Notes: generated by a model from the sequence alone, not told the origin. A stretch of 64,000 nucleotides of DNA from Vicinamibacterales bacterium (GCA_035519535.1 DATIWF010000104.1:2185-66184); one strand, 5' to 3'. Counted from the first letter of the stretch, positions 16,853 to 27,290 are shown. Numbers and translations: made by a program.

Positions 16853-17485
16853 GTGGGAATCGACCGAGCCGCGGTGCCGTTCGTGGCGCTCGCCGCGACG
16901 CCGTCGGTAGTGTCGCTGCTGGCGGGCGCGACCGGCGCGGCCGCCTCGCTCGCGGTGCTGCCGGTCGCGGTCGGGCTCTTCTTTCGCGACCCCGGCCGCA
17001 CGCCGCCGGCCGATCCGCAGGCCGTGCTCGCGCCCGCCGATGGCCGGGTGATGTTCGCCGGCGACGCGCCCGCCGACAGCGCGCCCTCGGGCGCGTGGCG
17101 GCAGGTCACCATTTTTCTGTCGCTCTTCGATGTCCACATCAACCGGACGCCCGTGGCCGGGCGCGTGACGCGCGTTGACTACGTGCCCGGCAGCTTCCTC
17201 CCGGCGTACCGTCCGGAGGCTCGCCGCAACGAGCACTCGGAAATCTGGCTCGACCACCGGGGCCAGACCGTGGTCGCTCGCCAGGTCGTGGGCGTGCTCG
17301 CGCGCCGCGTCGTGTGCCGCGTCAAACGAGGCGACGACCTGGCCGCCGGCGCGCGCATCGGGCTGATGAAGTTCGGATCGCGCATGGACGTGTTCGTGCC
17401 GCGGACGGCCCAGCTGCTCGTGACGACCGGACAGACCGTCCGCGGCGGCGAGACTGTGATCGCCCGCCTGGCGGCGGGGGACTAG
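16853..17485 (+). CDS. psd: Phosphatidylserine decarboxylase proenzyme (short, archaetidylserine-decarboxylase-related type)
   Basis: 210 aa with FLSLFDVHINRTPVAG and the self-cleavage region KFGSRMD. It lies adjacent to pssA. Confidence 0.85.
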   Translation: MGIDRAAVPFVALAATPSVVSLLAGATGAAASLAVLPVAVGLFFRDPGRTPPADPQAVLAPADGRVMFAGDAPADSAPSGAWRQVTIFLSLFDVHINRTPVAGRVTRVDYVPGSFLPAYRPEARRNEHSEIWLDHRGQTVVARQVVGVLARRVVCRVKRGDDLAAGARIGLMKFGSRMDVFVPRTAQLLVTTGQTVRGGETVIARLAAGD

Positions 17486-17488
17486 CGC

Positions 17489-18265
17489 ATGGTCGATCTA
17501 TTCGACGTCCGCCGCCCGCACGAGCCGCGCAAGCGCCGCGGCGTGTTCCTGCTGCCGAGCCTCTTCACGATCGGCAACATGTTCTGCGGCTACGCGTGCA
17601 TCGTGTACGCGATGCGCGGCGACCTCGTCACGGCCGCGCCGTTCATCGGCTTCGCGATCGTCCTCGACATGCTCGACGGCCGGATGGCGCGGCTCACCAA
17701 CACGACCAGCGCCTTCGGGGTCGAATTCGACTCGCTGGCCGATGTCATCTCGTTCGGCGTGGCTCCCTCGGTGCTCGCCTATGCCTGGGGCCTGTCCGAG
17801 CTCGGGCGCATTGGTTGGGCCGCCGGCTTCTTCTTCGTCAGTACGGCCGCGATCCGGCTCGCGCGCTTCAACATCCAGTCGGCGAGCGCGCAGCTCGACA
17901 AGCGCTACTTCATCGGCATGCCCGCGCCCGCGGCCGCTGGCGTCGTTGCCGCCACGATCTTCGCGTGGCCGTACCCGGTGTCCGGCTATCCGCAGGGCGG
18001 CGCCGCCGCCATGGTCGTCCTCGTGCCCGCGGCGCTCATGGTCAGCACGTTCCGCTTCCGCAGCTTCAAGACCATCAACTTCGGGTGGGGTCCGTCGTAC
18101 CTGCCGCTCATCGGCTTCGCCCTGCTCATCGCGTTCATCACGACCGAGCCGCGCTTGACGCTGCCCGCGCTGGCGTACGGCTATCTGCTCTCGGCGTTCG
18201 TGGAGTTCGCGATCACGCGCCTGCGGGCCCGCCGCGAGGGCCTGCCACCGGCAGCGTCAGCGTGA
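17489..18265 (+). CDS. pssA: CDP-diacylglycerol--serine O-phosphatidyltransferase
   Basis: 258 aa with the CDP-alcohol phosphatidyltransferase motif DMLDGRMARLTNTTSAFGVEFDSLADVISFG. Polytopic. Confidence 0.9.
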   Translation: MVDLFDVRRPHEPRKRRGVFLLPSLFTIGNMFCGYACIVYAMRGDLVTAAPFIGFAIVLDMLDGRMARLTNTTSAFGVEFDSLADVISFGVAPSVLAYAWGLSELGRIGWAAGFFFVSTAAIRLARFNIQSASAQLDKRYFIGMPAPAAAGVVAATIFAWPYPVSGYPQGGAAAMVVLVPAALMVSTFRFRSFKTINFGWGPSYLPLIGFALLIAFITTEPRLTLPALAYGYLLSAFVEFAITRLRARREGLPPAASA

Positions 18266-21200
18266 CGATCGTCCCCTTGCCGGGCGCGCTCGCGATCGAC
18301 ATCGCCCCGCCGCACAGCTCGACATTGCGCTTCGCGTTGGCCAGGCCGAGCCCCGATCCCGCCGTCTTCGTCGAGAAGTAGGGCTCGAACGCGCGCCGGA
18401 CGGCCTCCGCGTCCATCCCGACGCCGGTGTCGCTGACGTCCATCGCGATCCGCGAGTTCCACGCTTCCGCGGTAATGCGGACCGTGCCGCCCTCGGGCAT
18501 CGCCTGCAGGGCGTTCTCGACGATGTTGGTGAGGGCGCGCGCGACGAGCGTGCGGTCGATCCAGACGGGCGGCAGCGTCGCCGGCACGTCGACGTCGATC
18601 CGGTGCTTGGACCCGAGGCCCGGCCGGTACGGCGCCACGACCTCCTCGACGACGTCCGCCACGGCCACGGACGCCGGCCGCGCCGTCGGCTCGGCGGCGA
18701 ACGTCGAGAACTCGCCCGCGATCTGCCGCAGCAGGCGCACCTGCCGGAGGATCGTCGTCACGCACTGATCAAAGACCGGGCCGAGCGGCCGGCGCGCGTC
18801 CTCGTGCACGCGCTGCAGGTGCTCGGCGGCCAGCTGGATCGGCGTGAGCGGGTTCTTGATCTCGTGGGCGACCTGACGCGCCATCTGCGCCCACGCCTTG
18901 ATCTGCTGCGTGCGCGCGAGCTCGGCGCGCTGGGCCGCCAGCGTCTCGGTCATCGTGTTGAAGTCGTCGACGAGCCGACGGAGCTCGTCCGCGGTATCCG
19001 CGACGATGCGGACGTCGAGGCGGCCGGCCGCGATCTGGCGCGCCGCGCGAGTCAGGCGCGCGACCGGATCCGAGATTCGACCGGCGACCGACGCGCCCAG
19101 CCCGGCGGCAAACAGCACGACGACGACCGCGCCGACGAGCACGCCGCGGTTGAGCTCGTCGATTTCGCGCTCGATCTCGCGCTGCCGGAGGGCGAGCGGG
19201 ACGCTGAGCACGGCATCGCGCCCGCGCCCGGGCACGGGCGCCGCGGCGACGAGATACTGAAACGATCCCAGCCGGTCGGGCACGACGAACGCCGGCGCGC
19301 GGTTGAGGGCAATCGCGCGGTAGGCGGCGGCCGGGGTGCGCACCGGCAGCAGCCCCGAGTCGAAGAGGTCGCGCTGGCTGGTCGCGACGAGCCGCGGGCC
19401 GTCGAACAGGTTGACGTCCTGGCCGATCACCTGGCCGATCCAGACCATGACGTCGTCGCTCGGGCCTTGCGACTGATCGGGCTGAGGCGCGGCGGCCGAG
19501 AGCTCCTCGAAGACGCGCCGCGCCACGGTCACGACGCTGGCGGCCTCGGATTCGACGTCCGCGCGGAACTTCGCCGTCATGTACGACCCGAAGGCGAGCG
19601 CCAGCATGAGCACCGGACCGACGGCCGCGAGCACGAAGAACAGAAACAGCTTGCGGTAGAAGCTCGTGCGGATCTCGCGAAAGAGCGCGCCGAGCGGCAG
19701 GTCGCGACCCCGCCGGAACGGCGCGTACGCGGTCGCGCCGAGCAGGAAGGCGACGAAGATCGCCGCGGTGAGCGCCGCGGCCTCCGAAAGCCGGGTCGCA
19801 TGCTCGAACATGGTGGACACCGGGTAGCCCAGCGCGTAGATGCGGCCGCGGTCGCTGCCAAAGCGCACGCGGTACACGCGATCACCGGCGGGCAGCGTCG
19901 TCCAGAACGGGTCGCGCGACCGCGTCAGGCGGTCCGCGAGGTCCCGGGCAATCGGCCAGGCGACGCGGCCCGACGCAAACACCGGATGCAGGCTCCAGCC
20001 GTACACGACCACCTGCAGATCGGCGATGCGCGGCCCGATCGTCGCGTCCGCCAGCCCGAGCACGTCCGAGTACGGGTTGGCCGAAGATACAAAGGGCAGG
20101 GTCCGATAGTCCGGTGCCACATGCACGACCACGGCGCCGAGCATCCGGCCGGTGCTGTCGCAGAGCGCCCGCTCGGCGTGGAGCAGGTTACGGTCCTCGG
20201 CGCCGAAGCGCTTCACCTCGCCAAAGACACCCCACGTGCAGCCCGTACCCGACCAGGCCGTCGTCGCGGTGCTGTAGATGTACTCGGGCAGGTTGAGGGC
20301 GAAGCGGCTGACGAGCACGCGGCTCGCGTCGTAGAGCTCGACGCTGGACGTCACGCGGCCGCGCGACAGGCTCGTCTGACTCCACACGCGGAAGGCCTTC
20401 TGCGAGGACACCAGGCGCGCGGGCGGGGCCGGCGCGGAGACCAGCGCGACGAGCTCCGGAATGCTATCCAGCTCGCGCTGCACCTGCTCGAGCTGCGCCC
20501 GCAGCTCCTGCGGATAGTTCTCCGTCGCCGGCGCGTAGTCCTGATCGATGAGCGTCCGCGAGGTGAGGTCGGCGTAGAACGTCGCGATCGGATAGAGGAC
20601 GATCGTCGGCAGGAAGAGCGCCCCGAACAAGAGCACGAGCCGCATCGCCTGCGTCGTGTGCCGGTAGTACCGGCGCACGGAAGCCGAAAACAGCGCGAAG
20701 CCCGCGGCGCTCGCCCCGACGCCGAGCACGCCGGCCCACGGCACGGCGTCGGCCGTGGCGCGGAGCACGAGCACCGCGACGGTCGGCAGCAGCCACAGCG
20801 CGACGGCCAGGAGCGCCGTGCCCGGCCGGCGCCACGACACGCGCCATCGTCCCGCCACGACGGCGAGCAGCGTCGCGACGGCCCAGTACAAGGCGAGCTG
20901 AAAGAGGATCAAGCTCGCGAGCGACATCAAGTTGTTCGCGTCGATGGGGAACAGCGGGTACTGCCAGCGATCGAGCGACGGCACGACGACGCGCTGCCGG
21001 AAGACGAAGGTGAGGAGCGTCAGCGTTCCGGCGGCGACGAGGCCAGCGAGCAGGTGTTCTGCGACGAACATGACCGGGGTGCGCGCCGCGTCGCGGCGGG
21101 CGAGGCGCCGCCACCACCACGCCCCCGGCAGGAGCGCCACGAGCCCGATCGCGGCGAGCGCCGTGATGAGGTAGTCGACCGCGGCCGGCGCGGCCATCCG

Positions 21201-22097
21201 CGCGGCGAGCACCTGGAGGGCGAGCGCGGCCGCGACGAGAATCGCACCCGCCGCGAGCGACCAGCCGACGAACGCCCCGACGGCCCGCGAACGCGCCCGT
21301 CGCTCGAGCAGCGGACCGGTCGCGAGCAGGGCGGCGCACACGAGCGGGAGCAGCGCCATCGCGACGGCCCGCCGGCGAAAGGCCTGGCGCTCGGCCGTCA
21401 GCGCATCGACCGAATACCAGACGTCGAGCAGCGGCGCGCCCGACGCGTCGGCGATCCGAAAGGTCGTCGGCAGGCGCACGGTGCCCGCCCCGCCGAGCAA
21501 CGCCGCCGGCGTGGCCGAGACGGGGCCGAACGACGTCGTCACCTGCCAGAGCGGCGCGGCTGATGCGGCGTGGACCGCGGGCGCGAGAATCGTCTCCGCC
21601 ACCGCCACGCCCACGCGCTTGCCGTCGAATTCGATCGGCTCGACGGCGACGAGGCGCAGCCCGCCGAATCCCTGCGCGACGAACAGCGCCGACGGCCCCG
21701 CGAGCCGATCGGGGGGCAGGTCTTCGGCCGGCCCCTCGCTCCACGCGAGGACCCGATACGTGCCGCGCGGTCCGGCGGCGACGTAGGCGGTCGCCGAGAT
21801 CCGTTCGGTGCCGTTGTCGGCCACGAGCGCCATCAACCGCGAGAACAGGGTGCTGAGCTGGTCGCGCTCGGTGTTCGCGCTCTCGATGAGCGCGCCCTCC
21901 TGCGAGACGCGCCGGGCGAGCGACTGGACTTCGCGCGTGCGCGCGTCGACGTTCGCGCGCACCTCGGCCTCGAGCCGGCGGCCGGCGGCCTGCTCGCTGA
22001 GCCCGAAGCGGAGGCCTTCCCAGGCGACGCCGATCGCCAGGAAAAGCAGCGCGATCGCGAAGGCCGTGCCGAAGAGTCGCCGTGGAGAGATCTGCAC
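18213..22097 (-). CDS. Large multi-pass membrane sensor histidine kinase (HAMP-HisKA-HATPase core, NtrY-like); no response regulator adjacent
   Basis: 1294 aa. It has the H-box QVAHEIKNPLTPI, a HAMP region (ISDPVARLTRAARQIAAGRLDV...LVDDFNTM) and ATPase boxes (NIVENALQAM, DTGVGM, GSGLGL). The first ~1000 aa contain many hydrophobic helices separating two or three large non-cytoplasmic-looking regions. GTG start at 22095-22097. Confidence 0.85.
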   Translation of the reverse strand: MQISPRRLFGTAFAIALLFLAIGVAWEGLRFGLSEQAAGRRLEAEVRANVDARTREVQSLARRVSQEGALIESANTERDQLSTLFSRLMALVADNGTERISATAYVAAGPRGTYRVLAWSEGPAEDLPPDRLAGPSALFVAQGFGGLRLVAVEPIEFDGKRVGVAVAETILAPAVHAASAAPLWQVTTSFGPVSATPAALLGGAGTVRLPTTFRIADASGAPLLDVWYSVDALTAERQAFRRRAVAMALLPLVCAALLATGPLLERRARSRAVGAFVGWSLAAGAILVAAALALQVLAARMAAPAAVDYLITALAAIGLVALLPGAWWWRRLARRDAARTPVMFVAEHLLAGLVAAGTLTLLTFVFRQRVVVPSLDRWQYPLFPIDANNLMSLASLILFQLALYWAVATLLAVVAGRWRVSWRRPGTALLAVALWLLPTVAVLVLRATADAVPWAGVLGVGASAAGFALFSASVRRYYRHTTQAMRLVLLFGALFLPTIVLYPIATFYADLTSRTLIDQDYAPATENYPQELRAQLEQVQRELDSIPELVALVSAPAPPARLVSSQKAFRVWSQTSLSRGRVTSSVELYDASRVLVSRFALNLPEYIYSTATTAWSGTGCTWGVFGEVKRFGAEDRNLLHAERALCDSTGRMLGAVVVHVAPDYRTLPFVSSANPYSDVLGLADATIGPRIADLQVVVYGWSLHPVFASGRVAWPIARDLADRLTRSRDPFWTTLPAGDRVYRVRFGSDRGRIYALGYPVSTMFEHATRLSEAAALTAAIFVAFLLGATAYAPFRRGRDLPLGALFREIRTSFYRKLFLFFVLAAVGPVLMLALAFGSYMTAKFRADVESEAASVVTVARRVFEELSAAAPQPDQSQGPSDDVMVWIGQVIGQDVNLFDGPRLVATSQRDLFDSGLLPVRTPAAAYRAIALNRAPAFVVPDRLGSFQYLVAAAPVPGRGRDAVLSVPLALRQREIEREIDELNRGVLVGAVVVVLFAAGLGASVAGRISDPVARLTRAARQIAAGRLDVRIVADTADELRRLVDDFNTMTETLAAQRAELARTQQIKAWAQMARQVAHEIKNPLTPIQLAAEHLQRVHEDARRPLGPVFDQCVTTILRQVRLLRQIAGEFSTFAAEPTARPASVAVADVVEEVVAPYRPGLGSKHRIDVDVPATLPPVWIDRTLVARALTNIVENALQAMPEGGTVRITAEAWNSRIAMDVSDTGVGMDAEAVRRAFEPYFSTKTAGSGLGLANAKRNVELCGGAMSIASAPGKGTIVTLTLPVAGPRGGPAGA

Positions 22098-22212
22098 CGA
22101 AGGTCGCGTTTATCGCATCGGGCGGGGCATCGAGCTGAGGATACCAGAACTGCACAAAAAGCCGGATGCTATACTCGCGGGTTGGGGCCGTGGTGCGGCG
22201 CCCCGTGTGCGC

Positions 22213-23220
22213 ATGGCCTCCTCGCTCCCGCTTCGGGCGGCACTGAAACACGGCGCGCTCATCACCGCCGCGAACTGGCCGGTCGTCCTGATCGAGTTCG
22301 TCCTCGAGTCCTTGTACAAATTCGCGCTCGTCGTCCCGGTCGTGGGCGGCGCGTTCATGGTCGCGGTGCTGCTCGGCGAGGACCTGGGCATGATCTTCGG
22401 CCAGGGCGTCCGGGCGGCCGCCGATCTGATCGTCGGGTCGCTCGCCACGGCGCCGGCGGCGCTCCTCAGCTTTTTCGGCGCGCTCACGCTCGTCGCCCTC
22501 GGCGGCAGCATCGTGATGTACATCGTCAAGGGCGGCACGCTGTGGGTGCTCGTGGCGAGCGAGCGCGTCGCCGGCGACCTTCACCGCGGGCCGATCCACC
22601 TCGACGCGCTGCGCCGCGCCTACGCGTACGATCTGGCGACGCTGCTGGAGCGCACGCGCCGCTTCGGCCGGCGGTCGGCGCTCCTCGCCGCCGGCCTGGG
22701 GCTCTCGTACCTCGCGATCGGCTGGGGCTACGTCTTCGCCCTGACGATGTCGTTTCACGTCGCGGCGGAGACCACCTGGACGCCCGCCTGGCCGCTGCTC
22801 GTGCTGCTGGCAACGAGCACGAGCGTCATCGCGGTCGCGGCGGTGAATCTCGGCTTCGATCTGCTCCGAGTGATCGTCATCACCGACGACTGTCGCATCC
22901 GCACGGCCCTCGCCAGGCTGCGCGCGTTCCTCGTCGCCGATTCGCGGCAGGTCCTCGGAATCTTCGGCGTCATCGGCGCGCTCGTCGCGCTGGCCATGGC
23001 CGTGTCGGTCGTGGCCACGGCCGGTCTGGCCTTCGTCGCCTGGGTGCCCGTCGCGTCGCTCATCGCCGTGCCGCTCCAGGTGGCCGCCTGGCTGGTACGC
23101 GGCATCGTCTTCCAGTACGTCGGCCTGACCGGGCTCTCTGCCTACCAGACGCAATACCGCCGCTTCGCCGATCCGGATAGCCGTCCGCTCACCACACCAC
23201 TTTGGGTGCAACGCGCATGA
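22213..23220 (+). CDS. Polytopic membrane protein of unknown function
   Basis: 335 aa from ATG 22213, in frame with track ORF 21808..23220, whose 5' part overlaps the kinase gene. It has about 6-8 hydrophobic helices and no motif I recognise. Its stop overlaps the next gene's ATG (ATGA). Confidence 0.55.
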   Translation: MASSLPLRAALKHGALITAANWPVVLIEFVLESLYKFALVVPVVGGAFMVAVLLGEDLGMIFGQGVRAAADLIVGSLATAPAALLSFFGALTLVALGGSIVMYIVKGGTLWVLVASERVAGDLHRGPIHLDALRRAYAYDLATLLERTRRFGRRSALLAAGLGLSYLAIGWGYVFALTMSFHVAAETTWTPAWPLLVLLATSTSVIAVAAVNLGFDLLRVIVITDDCRIRTALARLRAFLVADSRQVLGIFGVIGALVALAMAVSVVATAGLAFVAWVPVASLIAVPLQVAAWLVRGIVFQYVGLTGLSAYQTQYRRFADPDSRPLTTPLWVQRA

Positions 23221-24458
23221 CACAGTACGAGACGTTCTTCTCCACCGCGGGCCAGTCCATGCGCGAATCCATGATTCGCAAGATGGGCGCCGTCGTCGCA
23301 CAAGCCCGCGACATGATTTCCTTCGCACCCGGCTATCCCGCCGAGGACGCGTTCCCGTGGGAGCCCTTTGCCGAGATCGCGCGCGAGCTTCTGTCGGGCG
23401 ACGACGGATCGGTGCTCCAGTACGGACCGACGCGTGGGTACAAACCGCTCCGCGACGTCATCCTGGGCCTCATGGGGGAGCGCCATGTGACGGCATCGGG
23501 CGCGGGCGTCGTCGTCACGACGGGATCGCAGCAGGGGCTCGGCCTGGTGGCGCGCGTCCTGCTCGATCCCGGCGACGTCGCACTGCTCGAGCTGCCGTCG
23601 TATACGGGCGCGATCACCGCCTTTCGGAGCGTCGGTGCGTCGCTCGTCGGCGTGCGCCAGGACGCGGACGGCATCAATCTCGACGAGCTCGATCGCACGG
23701 TGATGACGCTGCGCGCCGAGGGCCGCCGCGTGAAGTTCTTGTACGTCGTCCCGAACTTCCAGAACCCGACCGGCCTGCTGCTGGCCCTGGCCAAGCGGCC
23801 GCGGCTGCTCGAATGGGCCGAACGGCGCGACGTCCTCATCGTGGAGGACGATCCGTATCGCGACCTGTGGTTCCCCGACATCGCTCACGAATCCGACACC
23901 CGGCCGATTGCCGCGGACGACTCCCGCGGGCGTGTCATCTATCTCAGCAGCTTCTCGAAGACGCTTGCGCCCGGTCTGCGCGTCGCGTGGCTGCACGCGC
24001 CCGAACCGGTCGCCGCCAAGCTCGAGCTCGCCAAGCAAGCCGACGACCTCTGCACGGGCGGCCTCGACCAACGCATCGTCTACGAGGCATGCAAGCGCGG
24101 CGTGCTGGCCGCAAACCTGCCGAAATTGCGCAGCCACTACCAGCACAAGCGCGACGCGATGGTCAAAGCGCTGCATCACCATCTGGCCGGCGCGCTCACG
24201 TGGCCGGACCCGCGCGGCGGGTTCTTTCTGTGGGGCAAGCTCACCGGCGCGCTGCAGAGCGACGCGCTGCTCGAGCACGCGCAGAAGCGCGGCGTCGTCT
24301 TCGTCACCGGTTCCGCGTTCTTCGTGGATGGCGGCGGGCAGCAGCACCTGCGGCTGTGTTTTTCGGCGCCCGCGCCCGACCGGATTGCAGAGGGCGTCGC
24401 GCGGCTCGCGGCCGCGGTGGCGGATGCCTCGGCTATTTCGGCCGCGACAGCGCGGTAA
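23217..24458 (+). CDS. Class I/II PLP-dependent aminotransferase (2-aminoadipate/aromatic aminotransferase-like)
   Basis: 413 aa from ATG 23217 with NFQNPTG and the PLP-lysine block SFSKTLAPGLRVAW. There is no HTH domain, so it is not a MocR-type regulator. Confidence 0.85.
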   Translation: MTQYETFFSTAGQSMRESMIRKMGAVVAQARDMISFAPGYPAEDAFPWEPFAEIARELLSGDDGSVLQYGPTRGYKPLRDVILGLMGERHVTASGAGVVVTTGSQQGLGLVARVLLDPGDVALLELPSYTGAITAFRSVGASLVGVRQDADGINLDELDRTVMTLRAEGRRVKFLYVVPNFQNPTGLLLALAKRPRLLEWAERRDVLIVEDDPYRDLWFPDIAHESDTRPIAADDSRGRVIYLSSFSKTLAPGLRVAWLHAPEPVAAKLELAKQADDLCTGGLDQRIVYEACKRGVLAANLPKLRSHYQHKRDAMVKALHHHLAGALTWPDPRGGFFLWGKLTGALQSDALLEHAQKRGVVFVTGSAFFVDGGGQQHLRLCFSAPAPDRIAEGVARLAAAVADASAISAATAR

Positions 24459-25581
24459 GCGTCCGCTCGTCCTGCAGCGACGAGGTCACGAGGAACGCCC
24501 GGCGCCCGTCTGGCCCGGCAGCCACACCCTCGAGCCGGTGAAAGAACCCGGGCGGCGCGTCGGGCGGCGCCGGGAACGGCACGACCTTCGCCGGCTTGCA
24601 CGTCTTCGCCGGACACGACAGGAGATCCCCAGAAGCCAGCGGCACCGCCAGCAGATCCGACAGCAGGAGCAGGCCGGGCACGGCACGGGCTCCGAGCGGC
24701 TGCTGCCAGCGTTGCGACCCGCTTGCGGCGTCGAGCGCGCGGACGGTGTTGTCGAGCAGCGCGACGTACAGGTGCGCGGCGTCGGCGACGGGCGGTCCGA
24801 CGACGGCGGCGCGCGCCCGAAAATCCCAGAGCCACTGCCCGCGCCGATCCTCGCGCGCGTGCACGTAGCCGTCCGATCCGCCGAAGTAGACGCGGCCGTT
24901 CGCGGCGAGCATCGGTCCGATCTGAAAGCCGAGCGGCGGCGTCCGCCAGACCTCCTCTGGCGCCTTGATGTCGAGGCACATGAGCGTCGTGTCCTCGAGG
25001 CCGGCGACGAGCCGATCGCCGTTGACGACCGGACCACTCGCGATCGGCGCCGGCAGGACGTGCTCCCACAGCCGCGCGCCGTCGGCCGCGCGGTAGGCGC
25101 GAAGCGTGCTCTTCGCCGCAACGAAGAGCCATCCCGAGCGCCAGATCAACGCGCCGGCCGGCGACGGCGTGTCGTCCTGCCAGCGCACGGCGCCGCTCTC
25201 CTCGTCGAGCGCGCTCACCCGGTCCGAAGTGGCGACGAACACCAGGTGATCGCCCGCGACGGGTTGAGCGATGGGCGAGAGCCGTGAGGTCCAGGCCTCC
25301 TTGCCTTCTTCGGCAGTGCGCGCGACTAGCGGGGCCGTACTGCCGCCGACCAGGACGAGCGTGTCGGTCGCCGCAAGCTCGACCGGCCCAGCCGACCCGA
25401 GCGCCTGGCGCCAGATCAGGGCGAACGCGGGCGCCGGGGCCGCGGCCGGCGTCGTGGCGGGCGTCGGCGTCGGCGTGGGTACGGACTGCCCGGACGACGT
25501 CGTCTGCTGTGCCGCGAGGGGTAGCGTCAACCCAAGCGCGAGGAACGGACCCCAACATCTTGTGGCTGGTCCGAGTGGCAC
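24433..25581 (-). CDS. Secreted PQQ-like beta-propeller repeat protein (BamB-like fold)
   Basis: It has repeated xLDxxxGxxxW blades ([36 protein letters not shown]). The proposed GTG 25579-25581 gives a signal-like N-terminus ([26 protein letters not shown]). The track start 25704 would overlap guaA. The start call is uncertain. Confidence 0.65.
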   Translation of the reverse strand: MPLGPATRCWGPFLALGLTLPLAAQQTTSSGQSVPTPTPTPATTPAAAPAPAFALIWRQALGSAGPVELAATDTLVLVGGSTAPLVARTAEEGKEAWTSRLSPIAQPVAGDHLVFVATSDRVSALDEESGAVRWQDDTPSPAGALIWRSGWLFVAAKSTLRAYRAADGARLWEHVLPAPIASGPVVNGDRLVAGLEDTTLMCLDIKAPEEVWRTPPLGFQIGPMLAANGRVYFGGSDGYVHAREDRRGQWLWDFRARAAVVGPPVADAAHLYVALLDNTVRALDAASGSQRWQQPLGARAVPGLLLLSDLLAVPLASGDLLSCPAKTCKPAKVVPFPAPPDAPPGFFHRLEGVAAGPDGRRAFLVTSSLQDERTLTALSRPK

Positions 25582-25655
25582 ACGCTTATAATAGCGACAA
25601 ACTCTGCGGGCTCCGGCCTCGTCCTTGCAGAGTCTTTCTGATCCAGCAGCCGCGC

Positions 25656-27188
25656 GTGACACATCAGACAATCGTCGTCCTCGACTTCGGATCGCAGTAC
25701 ACACAACTCATCGCACGGCGGCTGCGCGAACTTTCGGTGTACTCGGAAGTCGTGCCGTTCAGCACGCCGGTGTCGGACATCGTGCGGCGCCATCCGGCGG
25801 GGATCATCCTGTCCGGCGGGCCGCGCAGCGTATCGGAGGCCGGCGCGCCGCGCATCGACCCCGGGCTCCTGGCGCTCGGCACGCCGACGCTCGGCATCTG
25901 CTACGGCATGCAGCTGATGACGGACGTCCTCGGCGGACGCGTCGAGCCCGCGCCCAACCGGGAGTTCGGCAACGCCGAGGTGACGGTCACGAACGGCCGG
26001 CTGTTTCAAAACGTGCCCCGGTCGCTGAAGGTCTGGGCGAGCCACGGCGACTTCGTCGCGGGCGCGCCGGCGGGCTTCTCCGTCACGGCGACGTCGCCCA
26101 ACGCGCCGGTCGCCAGCATGGAGGCCCCGGATCGCGCCCTGTACGGCTTGTTGTTCCATCCCGAAGTCGTGCACACCGAGCACGGCGCGGACATCCTCCG
26201 GAACTTCGCGTTCGGCATCTGCGGCTGCCGCGGCGACTGGACGATGGCGTCGTTCGTGGAGGAGAGCGTCGAACGGATTCGCGCCAAGGTCGGCGCCGGC
26301 AAGGTCGTCTGCGCGCTGTCGGGCGGCGTGGACTCGACGGTCGCCGCGCTCCTGATCCACCGCGCGATCGGGGAGCGGCTCACCTGCGTCTTCGTTGACA
26401 ACGGCCTGCTGCGCCTGGAGGAAGCGGCGCAGGTGCGGCACCGCTTCGGCCGTCTCAACCTGCCGCTCGAGTTCGTGGACGCGACCGACACGTTCCTGTC
26501 GCGGCTGGACGGCGTCGCGGATCCCGAGCGCAAGCGCAAGATCATCGGCTCGACCTTCATCGACGTGTTCGAGAAGCGCGCGCGGGAGCTGGGCGGGTTC
26601 GAGTTCCTGGCGCAGGGCACGCTCTATCCGGACGTGATCGAAAGCGTCTCGATTGTGGGCCCGGCGGCGGCGATCAAGAGCCACCACAACGTGGGCGGCC
26701 TGCCCGAGCGCATGCACTTCACGCTCGTCGAGCCGCTCCGCGAGCTCTTCAAGGACGAGGTCCGCGCGGTCGGGTCGGCGCTCGGCCTCGACGACGAGTT
26801 CATCTGGCGCCAGCCCTTCCCCGGACCCGGTCTGGCCGTGCGGATCATCGGCCCGGTGACGCGCGAGCGTCTCGACCTGCTCCGGCGCGCGGACGCCGTG
26901 GTGGCCGACGAGGTCCGCAAGGCCGGCTGGTACCGGCGACTGTGGCAGTCGTTCGCCGTGCTGCTGCCGGTGCAGAGCGTCGGCGTCATGGGTGACGAGC
27001 GAACGTACGAGTACACCGTGGCGATTCGCGCCGTCGAGAGCCGGGACGGGATGACGGCCGACTGGGCGCGCCTCCCGCACGAGCTCCTCGCCGCGATCTC
27101 GTCGCGCATCGTGAACGCCGTCCGCGGGATCAACCGCGTCGTCTACGATGTCAGCTCCAAGCCGCCCGCCACGATTGAATGGGAATGA
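25656..27188 (+). CDS. guaA: GMP synthase (glutamine-hydrolysing)
   Basis: 510 aa from GTG 25656. The GATase domain has [15 protein letters not shown] and GICYGMQ, the ATP-PPase P-loop is SGGVDSTV, and the C-terminus is PPATIEWE. Confidence 0.95.
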   Translation: MTHQTIVVLDFGSQYTQLIARRLRELSVYSEVVPFSTPVSDIVRRHPAGIILSGGPRSVSEAGAPRIDPGLLALGTPTLGICYGMQLMTDVLGGRVEPAPNREFGNAEVTVTNGRLFQNVPRSLKVWASHGDFVAGAPAGFSVTATSPNAPVASMEAPDRALYGLLFHPEVVHTEHGADILRNFAFGICGCRGDWTMASFVEESVERIRAKVGAGKVVCALSGGVDSTVAALLIHRAIGERLTCVFVDNGLLRLEEAAQVRHRFGRLNLPLEFVDATDTFLSRLDGVADPERKRKIIGSTFIDVFEKRARELGGFEFLAQGTLYPDVIESVSIVGPAAAIKSHHNVGGLPERMHFTLVEPLRELFKDEVRAVGSALGLDDEFIWRQPFPGPGLAVRIIGPVTRERLDLLRRADAVVADEVRKAGWYRRLWQSFAVLLPVQSVGVMGDERTYEYTVAIRAVESRDGMTADWARLPHELLAAISSRIVNAVRGINRVVYDVSSKPPATIEWE

Positions 27189-27290
27189 GGCCGCATCCTC
27201 GCGAACGAGCCGTGCGAGTGAGCCACGCGAGCGGAGCGGGGCACACGGGGCCCCGCGAGCGCGTCGCGGGTCCGCGCGGCGACGCCCCCG

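Noticed and set aside
18213-18265. A 53-nt convergent overlap of pssA and the kinase gene (and a 26-nt overlap at 24433-24458), considered as an antisense-regulation device.
   Set aside because: In both cases the overlapping parts encode non-conserved C-terminal tails beyond the last recognisable domain residues. This is the usual consequence of scarce stop codons in GC-rich DNA. There is no additional structure to suggest function.
25576-25592. TGGCAC upstream of guaA considered as a sigma-54 -24 element, since rpoN is in the window.
   Set aside because: The -12 position (N5 later) reads TATAA rather than TTGC, so the GG-N10-GC rule fails. The adjacent perfect TATAAT (25587-25592) may instead be a sigma70 -10 box. 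I find no convincing -35, so it is not listed as a feature.
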